Positions 39,025-48,121 of a stretch of 64,000 bases of DNA are shown here, in pieces; the stretch's first letter is position 1; every line of letters begins with the position of its first letter. Both the position numbers and the translations under genes were made by a program. Under the pieces are notes generated by a model. The model did not search any database and was not told the origin of the DNA. It worked only from the letters and a program-made list of their open reading frames with translations. Source of the DNA: Candidatus Eremiobacteria bacterium (GTDB taxonomy: Bacteria; Vulcanimicrobiota; Vulcanimicrobiia; Vulcanimicrobiales; Vulcanimicrobiaceae); NCBI GenBank assembly GCA_963758295.1, contig CAVWUU010000004.1, positions 672,001 through 736,000 on the forward strand. Direction: 5' to 3'.

Positions 39025-39770
39025 CTACTGCCCTTTCTCCGCCTTCGAAATCGTTGCGTTCAGCAACACGATATCGACGCGCCGGTTTTGCTGGCGATCC
39101 TCTTCCGTGCTAGATTTTTATTGCGCGGCTTGAACTCTCCGTAGCCTGCCGCGGACACGCGCATCGGATCGAATCCGTCGTGTTCGATGAGATAACGCGT
39201 TACGTTCACGGCGCGCGCCGTGGACAATTCCCAGTTCGTCGGATACTGCGCCGTATGAATCGGCACATTGTCCGTAAAACCCTCGATGCGGATCAGGTTA
39301 TCGTTCTTCTTCAGAAATAACTGCACGCCGTCGAGAATCTTCAGCGTCTCAGGGCGCATCTCCGCGCTGCCGCTGTCGTAGTAGGACTTGTCCGAGAGCA
39401 ACGTCACGACCAAGCCGCGGTGGTCCATGTGGACCTGGACCCGCTGCTGGAGGTGATTGCGCTCGACGAACTTCTCCAGTTCCTTTTGAATGGCCGGAAT
39501 GCTCGAGCTTGATTCAAAGGACTGCTGCCCGTTCGCTCCGCCGTTTGGCGGCTGGTTAACCGACCAGGTATTATCGAACCCGGCCGACACCTGCTTGGCG
39601 AATTCCTGAACCTTCACTTTGCTGATGTTCGACATGGCAAAGAGAATGATGAAGAGCGCGAGCATGAGCGTGATCATGTCCGCATACGTAAGCAGCCAGC
39701 GCATCATGCCCGCTGTCTCAGCTTCTCTCGCATTTGGGTGCTCGGCTTGCTGCGTTTTGCGAATGGCCAG
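39025..39770 (-). CDS. motB: Flagellar stator MotB (indel near 39112; start uncertain)
   Basis: WLLTYADMITL, EGFTDN.PI, NWELSTARA, GYGEF.P; NRRVDIV in the shifted frame. Confidence 0.93.
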
Positions 39771-40613
39771 TTATGCGGAAGACGCAGAGTACCCGGCTTC
39801 GCCTGCCATCGCGCCGCCCTCTTCGATATCCGTTTCACGTTCCTTCGGATCGAGGAAAGCCAGCAGCTTCTCTTCGAGCAGACGCGGATTGTCGCCGGCT
39901 TGAATGGCGAGAATGCCTTCGATCATGATCTCGCGCAGCAGCAGCAACTGTCCGTTGCGTTCTTTGATCTTCGTGCCGATCGGCAGCCACAGCAAGTTCG
40001 CGAACAAGATGCCGAAGAACGTTGCGACGAACGCCTGGGCCGTCGCGACGCCGATGGAGCCGGCGATATTCGAGCTGTTGCCCATGTCCGAGAGACCCTT
40101 GAGCATGCCGATGAGGCCCAGCACGGTACCGATGATGCCGAGCGTCGGCGAATACCCGCCGAGCGACATGAATACGGCCTCGGATTTCGCGTTGGCATCG
40201 TGCGCGTTGCTCACTTCGGTTTCGAGCACTTTGCGAATGATGTCCGTGTCGCGGCCGTCGATGACAAGCTGAATGCCTTTGCGCATGAAGTCGTCGTCGA
40301 GCGCGGCGGCCTCGTTTTCGAGAGCCAGCAACCCTTCGCGGCGAGCCTTTTCAGCGAACGAAACGAGCGTCGAAATTACGTCGCGCTCGTGGTAGTTGAC
40401 TTCCGAAAATGCCGTGCGAAGACCGCCGAAAAAGCCGCGTACGAACGTGCGCATGGGGAACGACGTTAGCGTTGCACCGACAGTACCGCCGACGATTAAA
40501 ACAAAGGCTTCCCATCGTCCAAAAATGACGTGGGCATCCGTGCCGCCGACATAGCCGGCTAAGAAAATAGCGCCGAACCCCAATATAAGGCCGGCTATTG
40601 TGGCAAAGTCCAA
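39771..40613 (-). CDS. motA: Flagellar stator MotA
   Basis: ARREGLLALE, PTLGIIGTVLGLI, AFVATFFGI, AIQAGDNPR. Confidence 0.95.
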   Translation of the reverse strand: MDFATIAGLILGFGAIFLAGYVGGTDAHVIFGRWEAFVLIVGGTVGATLTSFPMRTFVRGFFGGLRTAFSEVNYHERDVISTLVSFAEKARREGLLALENEAAALDDDFMRKGIQLVIDGRDTDIIRKVLETEVSNAHDANAKSEAVFMSLGGYSPTLGIIGTVLGLIGMLKGLSDMGNSSNIAGSIGVATAQAFVATFFGILFANLLWLPIGTKIKERNGQLLLLREIMIEGILAIQAGDNPRLLEEKLLAFLDPKERETDIEEGGAMAGEAGYSASSA

Positions 40614-40652
40614 CGATCGCTCTCCGCAATAGGCAACTAGCGTCTATTCCTG

Positions 40653-40679
40653 GTATCGGCCGCGTGCGCCCTAACCTCA
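40653..40679 (-). promoter_or_regulatory. Possible sigma28-like promoter for motA
   Basis: TGAG-N15-GCCGATAC; weak -35. Confidence 0.4.
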
Positions 40680-40702
40680 AGTCCCGGGTAACAACCGCTT
40701 GC

Positions 40703-40900
40703 TTAGTCCCCTTCGGACGGCCCGTGGATTCGCCTCTTGAAGTCCACGATCTTCTGCTGGATGTCGCGCATCGAATCGCGCACGATGATGCGGTTGCCCG
40801 ACGTAAGCGTCACGACCGTATCGGGTGTCTCTTCGATTTGTTCGATCAGATCCGAATTGACCATAACGGGGTGGCCGTTCAACCGAGTTAGAGCAATCAC
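40703..40900 (-). CDS. flbD: Flagellar FlbD/SwrD family protein
   Basis: MI.LTRLNG....NSDLIE.IEETPDTV.TL..G; sits between flgE and motA. Confidence 0.9.
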   Translation of the reverse strand: MIALTRLNGHPVMVNSDLIEQIEETPDTVVTLTSGNRIIVRDSMRDIQQKIVDFKRRIHGPSEGD

Positions 40901-40942
40901 CGTCGTTCCTCACTTCTGTTTGTCGTAGGTGGCCGTAAGAGC

Positions 40943-40976
40943 AAAAAGCGGCCGGACCCTCCGTGGCCCAGGCCGC
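40943..40976 (-). terminator. Intrinsic terminator-like hairpin after flgE
   Basis: AGCGGCC-T-GGGCC/ACGGAG/GGTCC-GGCCGCT followed by TTTT on the minus strand. Confidence 0.65.
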
Positions 40977-41036
40977 TCCATTGCACCCGCGTCATCCTTG
41001 TCGCGAGTCACCGTCTAGTTCTTAAAGACTAGCGGT

Positions 41037-42929
41037 TTAGTTTTCGGACGCGCGCAGGTTGATCAGCGTGATCATGTTCTGGTCGGCCGTCGTAATGCCG
41101 CGGCTGTTCGCTTCGAACGCGCGCTGCGCCACGATCAACTTCGTGAACTGATCGGCGAGATTCACGTTCGATTGCTCGAGCGTGCCTGCGGCGATCGTGC
41201 CGTAACGGCCGGTTGCGGCAGTTCCGACCTCCGCCAGACCCGACGCCGACGTCTGCTCGAACTGATTGCTGCCCACGCGCGAGAGACCGTCTTCGTTCTG
41301 AAACGTCGCCAAGGCGATTTGCGCAAGATCCTTCTGCTGCCCGTTCGTGAACGAACCCGTCACCGTGCCGTCTTGACCCACCGTGATGTTCGAAAGAACG
41401 CCGGAGGCATAGCCGTTCTGCGAAAGCACATTGGCCGTATAGTCGCCTGCGAGGCTGGCGTTGCCTGAGTAATCGATCGCGATCGGACCCGGGGTCGGGG
41501 CGCCGCCGCCCGCCGTCGGAGCCGACGCGTTGTTACCGGCGCTCGGTCCCCATTGGGAGACGTTCAGCTGGTTGCCCTGATTGATGTTCGGATTGCCGCC
41601 CGCGGTCGTGTGCAAGTACATTGCGTCGGCCGGTGTAATGCCTTGGCCGGCGGCAACGCCTTCGATAGCCGACGAGTTGATGAACTGGCCGTTCTGATCG
41701 AAGTAGACGTAACCCATCGTTCCCGAACTGGTCGTCGAGTACGTCGGCGCCGTAACCGTGCCGGCCGCGTTGATGGAGCCCGGCGTTGCAATCGACTGGA
41801 ACGTCGTGCCATCGGCGAAGCTCACGCTCACCTTCCAACGCGACGAAACGGTGTGCGCGGAACCGGTCGCATCTTGCACGCTTGTCGGCAGGCCGTTCGT
41901 CGCCGGATTCACCGTGAAGTTTGCGCTCGCGCCCGCGTCCGCGGCGGCGAAGTTTCCGAGCGTGAACGTTGAGCCGCTGAGGGTGACGCTCGATCCGGGG
42001 CTCGCGGTAGCCGAATTGCCGTAGCTGTCCGTCACCGTTGCGGTGCCGCCGCCGGCGTTGACCGTAACGGTCAACGTGTTCGGGCCGGCGCTCGTCGTTT
42101 GCGGAGCAATCGTCGGCGGAACGCTCGCGATGAGGTTGCCGCCGCCGGAAAGCGCGGCGTTCGTCACGCCGGCGCCCGAAAGCGCCGCGGACGTGGAGCC
42201 GGTAGCATCGGGCGTGTAGGTGATCTGCGCTTGGTGCGCGTTTCCGAGCGAGTCGTAGATCGTGGTCGAAATGGTCTTCGGCGTACCCGCATTGATCGAT
42301 GCGCCGATGGTGTTCAGAAACTGCTGCGACCACTGCGTTTGATCGAGATTACCGCCGAGCGACACGTCGAAGACTTTGTCGTTTGCGGTCGGTCCCGTTT
42401 TCACGCCCTGGCCCGTTGCCGTTGCTTGTTCGGTGAGTCCGATCGGAATCGTGATGTTTCCGAGAGTGCCGTTCTGCGTGACTTGGCCGTTTGAATTGGC
42501 CATGTATCCCTGCACGGCGAGACCGGAAGCCGGATCGTAGAGCAAGCCCTGGGAGTTCAGCGAGAATGCACCGTCGCGCGTGTAAACCGGCTGGCTCGAG
42601 CCGTCGGTTGAACGCAGAACGAAGAAGCCGTCGCCGTTGATCGCTAGATCGGTATTGACGCCGGTCGTTTCAAGGCCGCCTTGCGCAAACTGCGTATCGA
42701 CGCTATTGACTTTGACGCCAAGTCCGTTGTCGACGGGATTGACGCCGCCGGTGGATTGCGTCGGGCCCGACGGTGCGCCGGTCTGCTGGTAGAACATATC
42801 TGCGAACGTCATGCGCTGGCCCTTGTAGCCGGTGGTCGCCGTGTTCGCGATGTTGTTCGAGAGCATGTCGATCCAGCTTTGATAAGCGTTGAGACCGCTA
42901 ATGCCCGTGAACAATGAATCGAAAGCCAT
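41037..42929 (-). CDS. flgE: Flagellar hook protein FlgE (long form)
   Basis: SLFTGISGL...NNIANTAT.GYK, DLAINGDGFF, YTRDGAF, YDSLG, LEQSNVNLA.QF..LIVAQRAF.AN. Confidence 0.95.
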   Translation of the reverse strand: MAFDSLFTGISGLNAYQSWIDMLSNNIANTATTGYKGQRMTFADMFYQQTGAPSGPTQSTGGVNPVDNGLGVKVNSVDTQFAQGGLETTGVNTDLAINGDGFFVLRSTDGSSQPVYTRDGAFSLNSQGLLYDPASGLAVQGYMANSNGQVTQNGTLGNITIPIGLTEQATATGQGVKTGPTANDKVFDVSLGGNLDQTQWSQQFLNTIGASINAGTPKTISTTIYDSLGNAHQAQITYTPDATGSTSAALSGAGVTNAALSGGGNLIASVPPTIAPQTTSAGPNTLTVTVNAGGGTATVTDSYGNSATASPGSSVTLSGSTFTLGNFAAADAGASANFTVNPATNGLPTSVQDATGSAHTVSSRWKVSVSFADGTTFQSIATPGSINAAGTVTAPTYSTTSSGTMGYVYFDQNGQFINSSAIEGVAAGQGITPADAMYLHTTAGGNPNINQGNQLNVSQWGPSAGNNASAPTAGGGAPTPGPIAIDYSGNASLAGDYTANVLSQNGYASGVLSNITVGQDGTVTGSFTNGQQKDLAQIALATFQNEDGLSRVGSNQFEQTSASGLAEVGTAATGRYGTIAAGTLEQSNVNLADQFTKLIVAQRAFEANSRGITTADQNMITLINLRASEN

Positions 42930-43028
42930 GTATTAACCTCACATGGAGTTCCGCGGCGCTTCCATCAGTCGGCGTCGCGGCCGAGGCTCCGCATGCGGTC
43001 CGCCTCGGGTTGTGTGTTTAAAGGTTTT

Positions 43029-43439
43029 TTAAATGATTGCCGCCGAGTCGATGTTGGTGAACACGTTCTCCTTCATCGAATCGGAATCGACCGCAGTGAT
43101 CACCGTGCGGTTCTTGATGCTCACCACCATCGCGACGTCGCGCATGATGAACAGCGAGTTTTTCGCACCCTTCGCCGCGGCTTTATCCGCCATCGTGTTC
43201 ATCTTCGCCACGTCTTCAGACGAGAGGCTGATGTTACGCGATTGCAGACGCTGCATGGCGTGCGCCGAGAACTTGAGCGGTTCTGCCGATGTCGGAGCCG
43301 CCGGAGCGGTAACACCTTCGAGAACCGAACGGAAGCTCTGCGAGCCCGTCGGCGGAATCTGCACGGGGCGTCCGATGGGCCGCGCCGCGGGACCCGGAAT
43401 GATCTGCGGTTGTTGAACCTTGCTGACGTCCTTGTCCAT
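43029..43439 (-). CDS. Flagellar operon protein (TIGR02530-like)
   Basis: LKFSAHA.QRL.SR.I, VVSIKNRTVITA, ENVFTNIDSA; between flgD and flgE. Confidence 0.88.
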   Translation of the reverse strand: MDKDVSKVQQPQIIPGPAARPIGRPVQIPPTGSQSFRSVLEGVTAPAAPTSAEPLKFSAHAMQRLQSRNISLSSEDVAKMNTMADKAAAKGAKNSLFIMRDVAMVVSIKNRTVITAVDSDSMKENVFTNIDSAAII

Positions 43440-43443
43440 CAGG

Positions 43444-43986
43444 TTATTGTCCGGACGACGTCGAGGAACCCGACGTCGCAGTTGCAGCAGCGGACCCGAT
43501 GCCGACGATATTCGTCGTCGCAAAGAGCAGCGCGTTGCCGTTGCTATCGCTGATGGTCTTCCCGCTTGAATCCGTCATCGTGAAGTACGGCGTGCCGTTT
43601 TGCACGTTAATGGACGACACGGTGCCCGTGACGGTATTGGAACTTCCGGTCGTGGTGCTGGTTTGGACGACCGTAGCCTGCTTGCCGATCAGCGATGCGG
43701 CTTGCATGACTCCAAAGGTGCTTTGGAAATTTGAGAACGACGACGCCAGCTGTTGTTGATACTGAAGCGCCGAGAATTGCGCGAGCTGCGTTACCGACTG
43801 CGTCGGGTCTTGCGGCTGCGTGGGATCTTGGTTCTGCAGTTCGGTCGTGAGCAGCGTCAAAAACTCGTTCGGATCGACGGCGAGGCCGCTCGAATTCGAC
43901 GAGGACGACGACGTCGTCTGCTGGTTGACGCCGATGAGCTGGTCGATCGGCTGAGCCGTCGTGCCAGCAACTGATGCCGATGGCAT
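43444..43986 (-). CDS. flgD: Flagellar hook capping protein FlgD
   Basis: FLTLLTTELQNQDP..P.D....QLAQFSALQ, AASLIGK. Confidence 0.93.
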   Translation of the reverse strand: MPSASVAGTTAQPIDQLIGVNQQTTSSSSSNSSGLAVDPNEFLTLLTTELQNQDPTQPQDPTQSVTQLAQFSALQYQQQLASSFSNFQSTFGVMQAASLIGKQATVVQTSTTTGSSNTVTGTVSSINVQNGTPYFTMTDSSGKTISDSNGNALLFATTNIVGIGSAAATATSGSSTSSGQ

Positions 43987-44001
43987 GTTCTTCCTTCCTA
44001 A

Positions 44002-45519
44002 CTACGCGAGGTAGTTAAAGAGCTCGAGGCTCGAACTTGGCAGTAGCGCCGGTCCGGTACTCGAGGATTGCGCGACTTCGGAACCGTCTTCGCTGACGCC
44101 GATTTCATGGACGACGTAGCGACGGCCGAAACCGCCCGTGCGATCGCGGTTTTGATCGCGTCCCGCATCGCCGCCCGACACGTCGACGGAGAAACCCGTG
44201 AGGGTTAAACCGGCTTCGCTTAGCGACTGCGCGAGATGTTGGTGATTGGAGAGCAGGGCGTTACGCACTTCGCCGTTGGAGGCGACGACGTTCGCGCTGA
44301 TCGACGATCCGCTTACCGTAAGCTTCATCGTCACCTCACCGAGATTGTCGGGATTGAGCCGCAGCCGAATTTCCGACGAACCGGATTCGTTCGTACGCAT
44401 GACCATCGATTTCACAACCTGTTCGACGACGGCGTTTGCGTCGACGGAAGGTTGCGCGTGCGCTTGGACTTGCGTGGTGAATGAAGCGTTGCTGGTTTGC
44501 GTGTTTGCGGCAGCCGCGATGCCGAGTTGCGACGGATCCGTTGAGGACGACGTCTTGGAATCGGGCTGTTGCGAGAGATCGCGCTCGGCATTCGAACCGC
44601 TCGAATTACCTTGCGTGTTGGAATCGGAGCCGTGCGTGAGTGCCGCAAGCGCGTTCTGGAAACGCGCGGCGAGCGCCGACGGAGTGCTGTCCGTTCCAAG
44701 CGACACGGTCTGCTGGCCGCCTTGCGCTGCAGTGCCGTTCACGCGCGCATCGACTCCGGCCGCGCGTACTAACATACGTGCGAGGAGATCGGGTGCGTTC
44801 GCTTGGGTGATCTGCGTTGCCGGCGCGCTGCTTTGCGCGGATTGCGCTGAAGCCCCGGCCGATGGGGCCGGTGCATTTGCCGAGCCGGAGGGGTTCACCA
44901 CAGAGCCGAGCAGCGCGCGCGCTAACGCATCCGCATCGACTTGCGTCGCGGTGGATTCGGTTTTGCGCTGGGCCGGGATGTCTTTCGCCGAGTTGGCGTC
45001 CAAGATTTTTCCCGCGATATCGTTCTGCTGCCCTGCGGTGTTTTGCGTGTCCCCCGCGATTGTTGCGATTAGCTTTCGTAATCGCTGCGCGAGGGCCGCT
45101 GCTTGTTCTGCAGCCGTTCCTGGCGGAGCGTTTCCGGGTGGAGCAAGCGCATTCGCGATGGAGTCCACGAGTGAGGATTTCAATCGAGCGCTCGTGCTTG
45201 CACCCGTTTGCGACGGCAGCTGTTGCTGCACGGCGCTCGCGAGTTGTTGCGCGAGACGATCGATGATGGTTGACATTGGGGTACCGCTTTTTAGCAGAGC
45301 CGTTAGTTGCGCGAGCGGGTCGCCGGCTGTTCCGGAGCCGTTCGTCGCGCTGGAAAACAGCGAGGCGAAAGTCGTTCCGTTCGACTGCGATGAGGGGAGC
45401 AAGTCCGGCATCAACCCGAACCAGTTCACGTTCAGCGATCCGTCGGTCATTGAAGCGTGTTTCGTCCCTTCGAACGATAGCGGCTTTGCGTTGGAGCCCA
45501 ATGCATTAATGGAATTCAC
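44002..45519 (-). CDS. fliK: Flagellar hook-length control protein FliK
   Basis: Low-complexity N-terminus; IRLRLNPDNLGEV...L.QSL.EAGL C-domain; AAGGAGGT upstream of GTG at 45519. Confidence 0.88.
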   Translation of the reverse strand: MNSINALGSNAKPLSFEGTKHASMTDGSLNVNWFGLMPDLLPSSQSNGTTFASLFSSATNGSGTAGDPLAQLTALLKSGTPMSTIIDRLAQQLASAVQQQLPSQTGASTSARLKSSLVDSIANALAPPGNAPPGTAAEQAAALAQRLRKLIATIAGDTQNTAGQQNDIAGKILDANSAKDIPAQRKTESTATQVDADALARALLGSVVNPSGSANAPAPSAGASAQSAQSSAPATQITQANAPDLLARMLVRAAGVDARVNGTAAQGGQQTVSLGTDSTPSALAARFQNALAALTHGSDSNTQGNSSGSNAERDLSQQPDSKTSSSTDPSQLGIAAAANTQTSNASFTTQVQAHAQPSVDANAVVEQVVKSMVMRTNESGSSEIRLRLNPDNLGEVTMKLTVSGSSISANVVASNGEVRNALLSNHQHLAQSLSEAGLTLTGFSVDVSGGDAGRDQNRDRTGGFGRRYVVHEIGVSEDGSEVAQSSSTGPALLPSSSLELFNYLA

Positions 45520-45585
45520 TTCTGTTCTCACCTCCTTTCCACCAAAGTCAAATGGGAGACCATGGATTGGTCTCTCATAATTACG

Positions 45586-45613
45586 TCATCGGCACTCTGC
45601 GCTAGCTACCTTA
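45586..45613 (-). promoter_or_regulatory. Sigma28-like promoter for the fliK block, overlapping the aroF 3' end
   Basis: TAAG-N16-GCCGATGA. Confidence 0.55.
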
Positions 45614-46404
45614 GAGGCAGTGAAGGGCGCCAGCCGGCGCATCATTTGGGCGAAGTCCGCCAAGTCGAGCGCTTGTTCCTTATCCGACAGCGCGCGGCTG
45701 GGGTCGGGATGGACCTCGACGATGGCGCCGTCCAGGCCGGCGGCCGCCGCGGCTGCCACGAGAGGAGCGACTAAGCTTCGGCGCCCGGTCGCGTGGCTCG
45801 GATCGACGATAACCGGCAAGTGCGTCAGTTCCTTGAGGCGCAGCGCGCCGGCTAGATCGAAGAGGTTGCGCGTCTCCGGATCGAAGCCGCGGACGCCGCG
45901 TTCGCAGAGGACGACGTTCCGGTTTCCGTCGAGCAACAGGTATTCCGCGGCACACAACACCTCGTCGAGGGTCGCCGCGGGGCCACGCTTGAGCAGCACA
46001 GGCCGCCCCGTTCTCGCGGCGGCCCGCAAGAGCGCGAAGTTTTGCATGTTCCGGGCGCCGACTTGGATCATCGCCACTCGCCGTGCAAGAAGGGCGAGCT
46101 GCTCCTCCGAGGTGGCTTCGACCACCGCCGGCAGGCCGTGCCGCTCCGAGACCTGCGCGATCAGCTCCACTCCGCGTTCGCCCAACCCCTGGAATGAGTA
46201 CGGAGACGTGCGCGGCTTGAAGGCGCCGCCGCGCAACATCGCGGCGCCGCTCGCTGCTACGCCTCGCGTGACGGCTTCCATCTGCAACTCGTCTTCGATC
46301 GCGCACGGCCCGGCGATCATCGTGAATCCGTCGCCGAAGCGAACCCCGTCCACCTCGACGATCGACCCTTGCTCGGAACGGCGGCGCGCCAACTCGTACA
46401 TCAT
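45586..46404 (-). CDS. aroF: DAHP synthase, type I-beta, catalytic domain only
   Basis: IAGPCAIE, RGGAFKPRTSPYSFQG, GARNMQNF, LLKRG, CERG, DPSH, EVHP. Confidence 0.93.
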   Translation of the reverse strand: MMYELARRRSEQGSIVEVDGVRFGDGFTMIAGPCAIEDELQMEAVTRGVAASGAAMLRGGAFKPRTSPYSFQGLGERGVELIAQVSERHGLPAVVEATSEEQLALLARRVAMIQVGARNMQNFALLRAAARTGRPVLLKRGPAATLDEVLCAAEYLLLDGNRNVVLCERGVRGFDPETRNLFDLAGALRLKELTHLPVIVDPSHATGRRSLVAPLVAAAAAAGLDGAIVEVHPDPSRALSDKEQALDLADFAQMMRRLAPFTASKVASAECR

Positions 46405-46425
46405 TTCTCTTCACCTTGCGTCGCG

Positions 46426-46458
46426 AAAAAATAAAAACCGCCCGGTGATCCGGACGGC
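46426..46458 (-). terminator. Attenuator terminator upstream of aroF
   Basis: GCCGTCCGG-ATCA-CCGGGCGGT followed by TTTTATTTTTT. Confidence 0.88.
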
Positions 46459-46486
46459 CTTCTTGACTAGCTAAAACTCGTACGTG

Positions 46487-46570
46487 CTACGTCATGACAA
46501 AGGCGCGCGCCTCACCGGCAAATGCTGCGGAGAGATGCCACCACCATGCGAACGTACGGAGCGTCGTCAT
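46487..46570 (-). CDS. trpL: Tryptophan attenuator leader peptide
   Basis: MTTLRTFAWWWHLSAAFAGEARAFVMT (27 aa); ATG overlaps the trpG TGA; followed by a terminator whose loop/3' arm can pair with CCGGTGA in the leader. Confidence 0.88.
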   Translation of the reverse strand: MTTLRTFAWWWHLSAAFAGEARAFVMT

Positions 46571-47190
46571 TGCGCGGAGCTTACCACGCCGGCTCCGCAC
46601 GCGTCAACACCGGCAATAGCCAGCATATTTTTCACGATGCGGCCGCCGTGTTCGCTGAGCACCGACTCGGGATGAAATTGCACGCCGTGCACCGGTAGCG
46701 TGCGATGCTGCACACCTTGGATTGCGCCGTCACTGCTGCGCGCGGTTACGAGCAATTCCGACGGGAGCGAATACGGATCCAAACACAACGAGTGGTAACG
46801 CGTCGCCGTGAACGGTGAGGGGATCCCCGCAAAGATGCCGGTGCCGGTATGAGCGATGGCCGAAGTCTTTCCATGCATCTGTGACGGCGCGTGCGTGACG
46901 ATGGCGCCGAAAGTCTCGCCGATCGCTTGCAATCCAAGGCAAACGCCGAAGACGGCCATCTGCCGCTCGATCGCGCTTTTGAGTACCGTCATCGTGCGCG
47001 GCTGCTGCGATGGATTGCCGGGCCCGGGGCCGACCACGAGCAGCGCGTACTCATTCAAAAGCGACGGAACGAGCGCCGGGTCGTCGTTCAATAGAACATC
47101 GGGAGCAGCGCCTGCCGATGCCAGCAAGTGCACGACGTTGTACGTGAAGCTGTCGTAATTATCGATAAAGAGCAGACGGCTCGGTTGCAT
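46567..47190 (-). CDS. trpG: Anthranilate synthase component II (glutamine amidotransferase)
   Basis: IDNYDSFTYN, PGPG.P, GVCLG, HGKTS, RYHSL, GVQFHPES. Confidence 0.92.
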   Translation of the reverse strand: MQPSRLLFIDNYDSFTYNVVHLLASAGAAPDVLLNDDPALVPSLLNEYALLVVGPGPGNPSQQPRTMTVLKSAIERQMAVFGVCLGLQAIGETFGAIVTHAPSQMHGKTSAIAHTGTGIFAGIPSPFTATRYHSLCLDPYSLPSELLVTARSSDGAIQGVQHRTLPVHGVQFHPESVLSEHGGRIVKNMLAIAGVDACGAGVVSSAQ

Positions 47191-47262
47191 CGTCTTTGGG
47201 CCTACAACGATTGAGTCGGGAGTCCCTGGGCGCGAAAACTCCGCGACGGGTATTTAAGGGTC

Positions 47263-48028
47263 ATGAATCGTCCGCTTACACCGCTATTCCAGCTCGGCGC
47301 CTTGGGATTACTCTTCGCCCTGTCCGCTTGCGGCGGAGGCTCCTCTTCCTCGACGGCGTTGCCTTCGATGAACGCCTCACCGTCGATGGACGCGCACGAT
47401 CTGCTGGCGCAGGCGGCGGCAACGCCGATGCCGTCAACGTTGAGCCTCTACTCGGGCGCAACGTTCGGAATCGACAACAGTTTCACGCCCAGCGACGGCG
47501 ACAGCTCAACCGGCGGCAACGGCCAAACGATCGACGGCATTACATGTGCTACGTCGATGGTCGAAAATAAGTATCACGTTCATCTATTTGTCGGGCTGCT
47601 CGTGAACGGCGTACAATACGCTATTCCCGATGGTGTGGGCATGGATGTGCCCGGCGCTGATTCGAACGGTTTCACAAACAGCGCGAAGTGCTTCTATTCC
47701 ATTCACACGCACGACGCTTCGGGCATGATTCACATCGAATCAGCTTCCACCGCAGCGCTTTCTTCGTCGATTTTCAAACTCGGCAATTTGCTCGACGTTT
47801 GGGGGCAAAGCATCTCGGCGAATAACTTCGGCCGTTTCACCGGACCCGTGCACATTTTCTATTCAACCGTTCCGCTGCGTTCGACGTACAGCAGCACGTA
47901 TAAAGCCTACACCGCCGATCCCGGGACGCTCCCGTTCTACTCGCACGAAGCGATCTGGATCGAAGTCGGCTCAACGTACCGTACGGCTACGCAACTTCCC
48001 GCGCATCCGTTTCTATACGGAGTATTAA
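47263..48028 (+). CDS. His-rich hypothetical lipoprotein (probable indel near 48000; likely true stop at 48028)
   Basis: Lipobox LSAC; YHVH...IP..VG...C.YSIHTHDASG.IH.E. Confidence 0.7.
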
Positions 48029-48121
48029 CGGCGCGTTCCAACAGAGACCGACGTTTTGACGGCCGTCCGCTTGATGCGGCGGCCGTTTTTAAAGAGTACG
48101 ATCGGTCGGGGGAGGATTGCC

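Noticed and set aside
45553..45577. Terminator between aroF and fliK
   Set aside because: The hairpin TGGGAGACCA-N5-TGGTCTCTCA lacks a clear U-tract and lies just downstream of a sigma28-like promoter, so it is more likely a 5' UTR stem.
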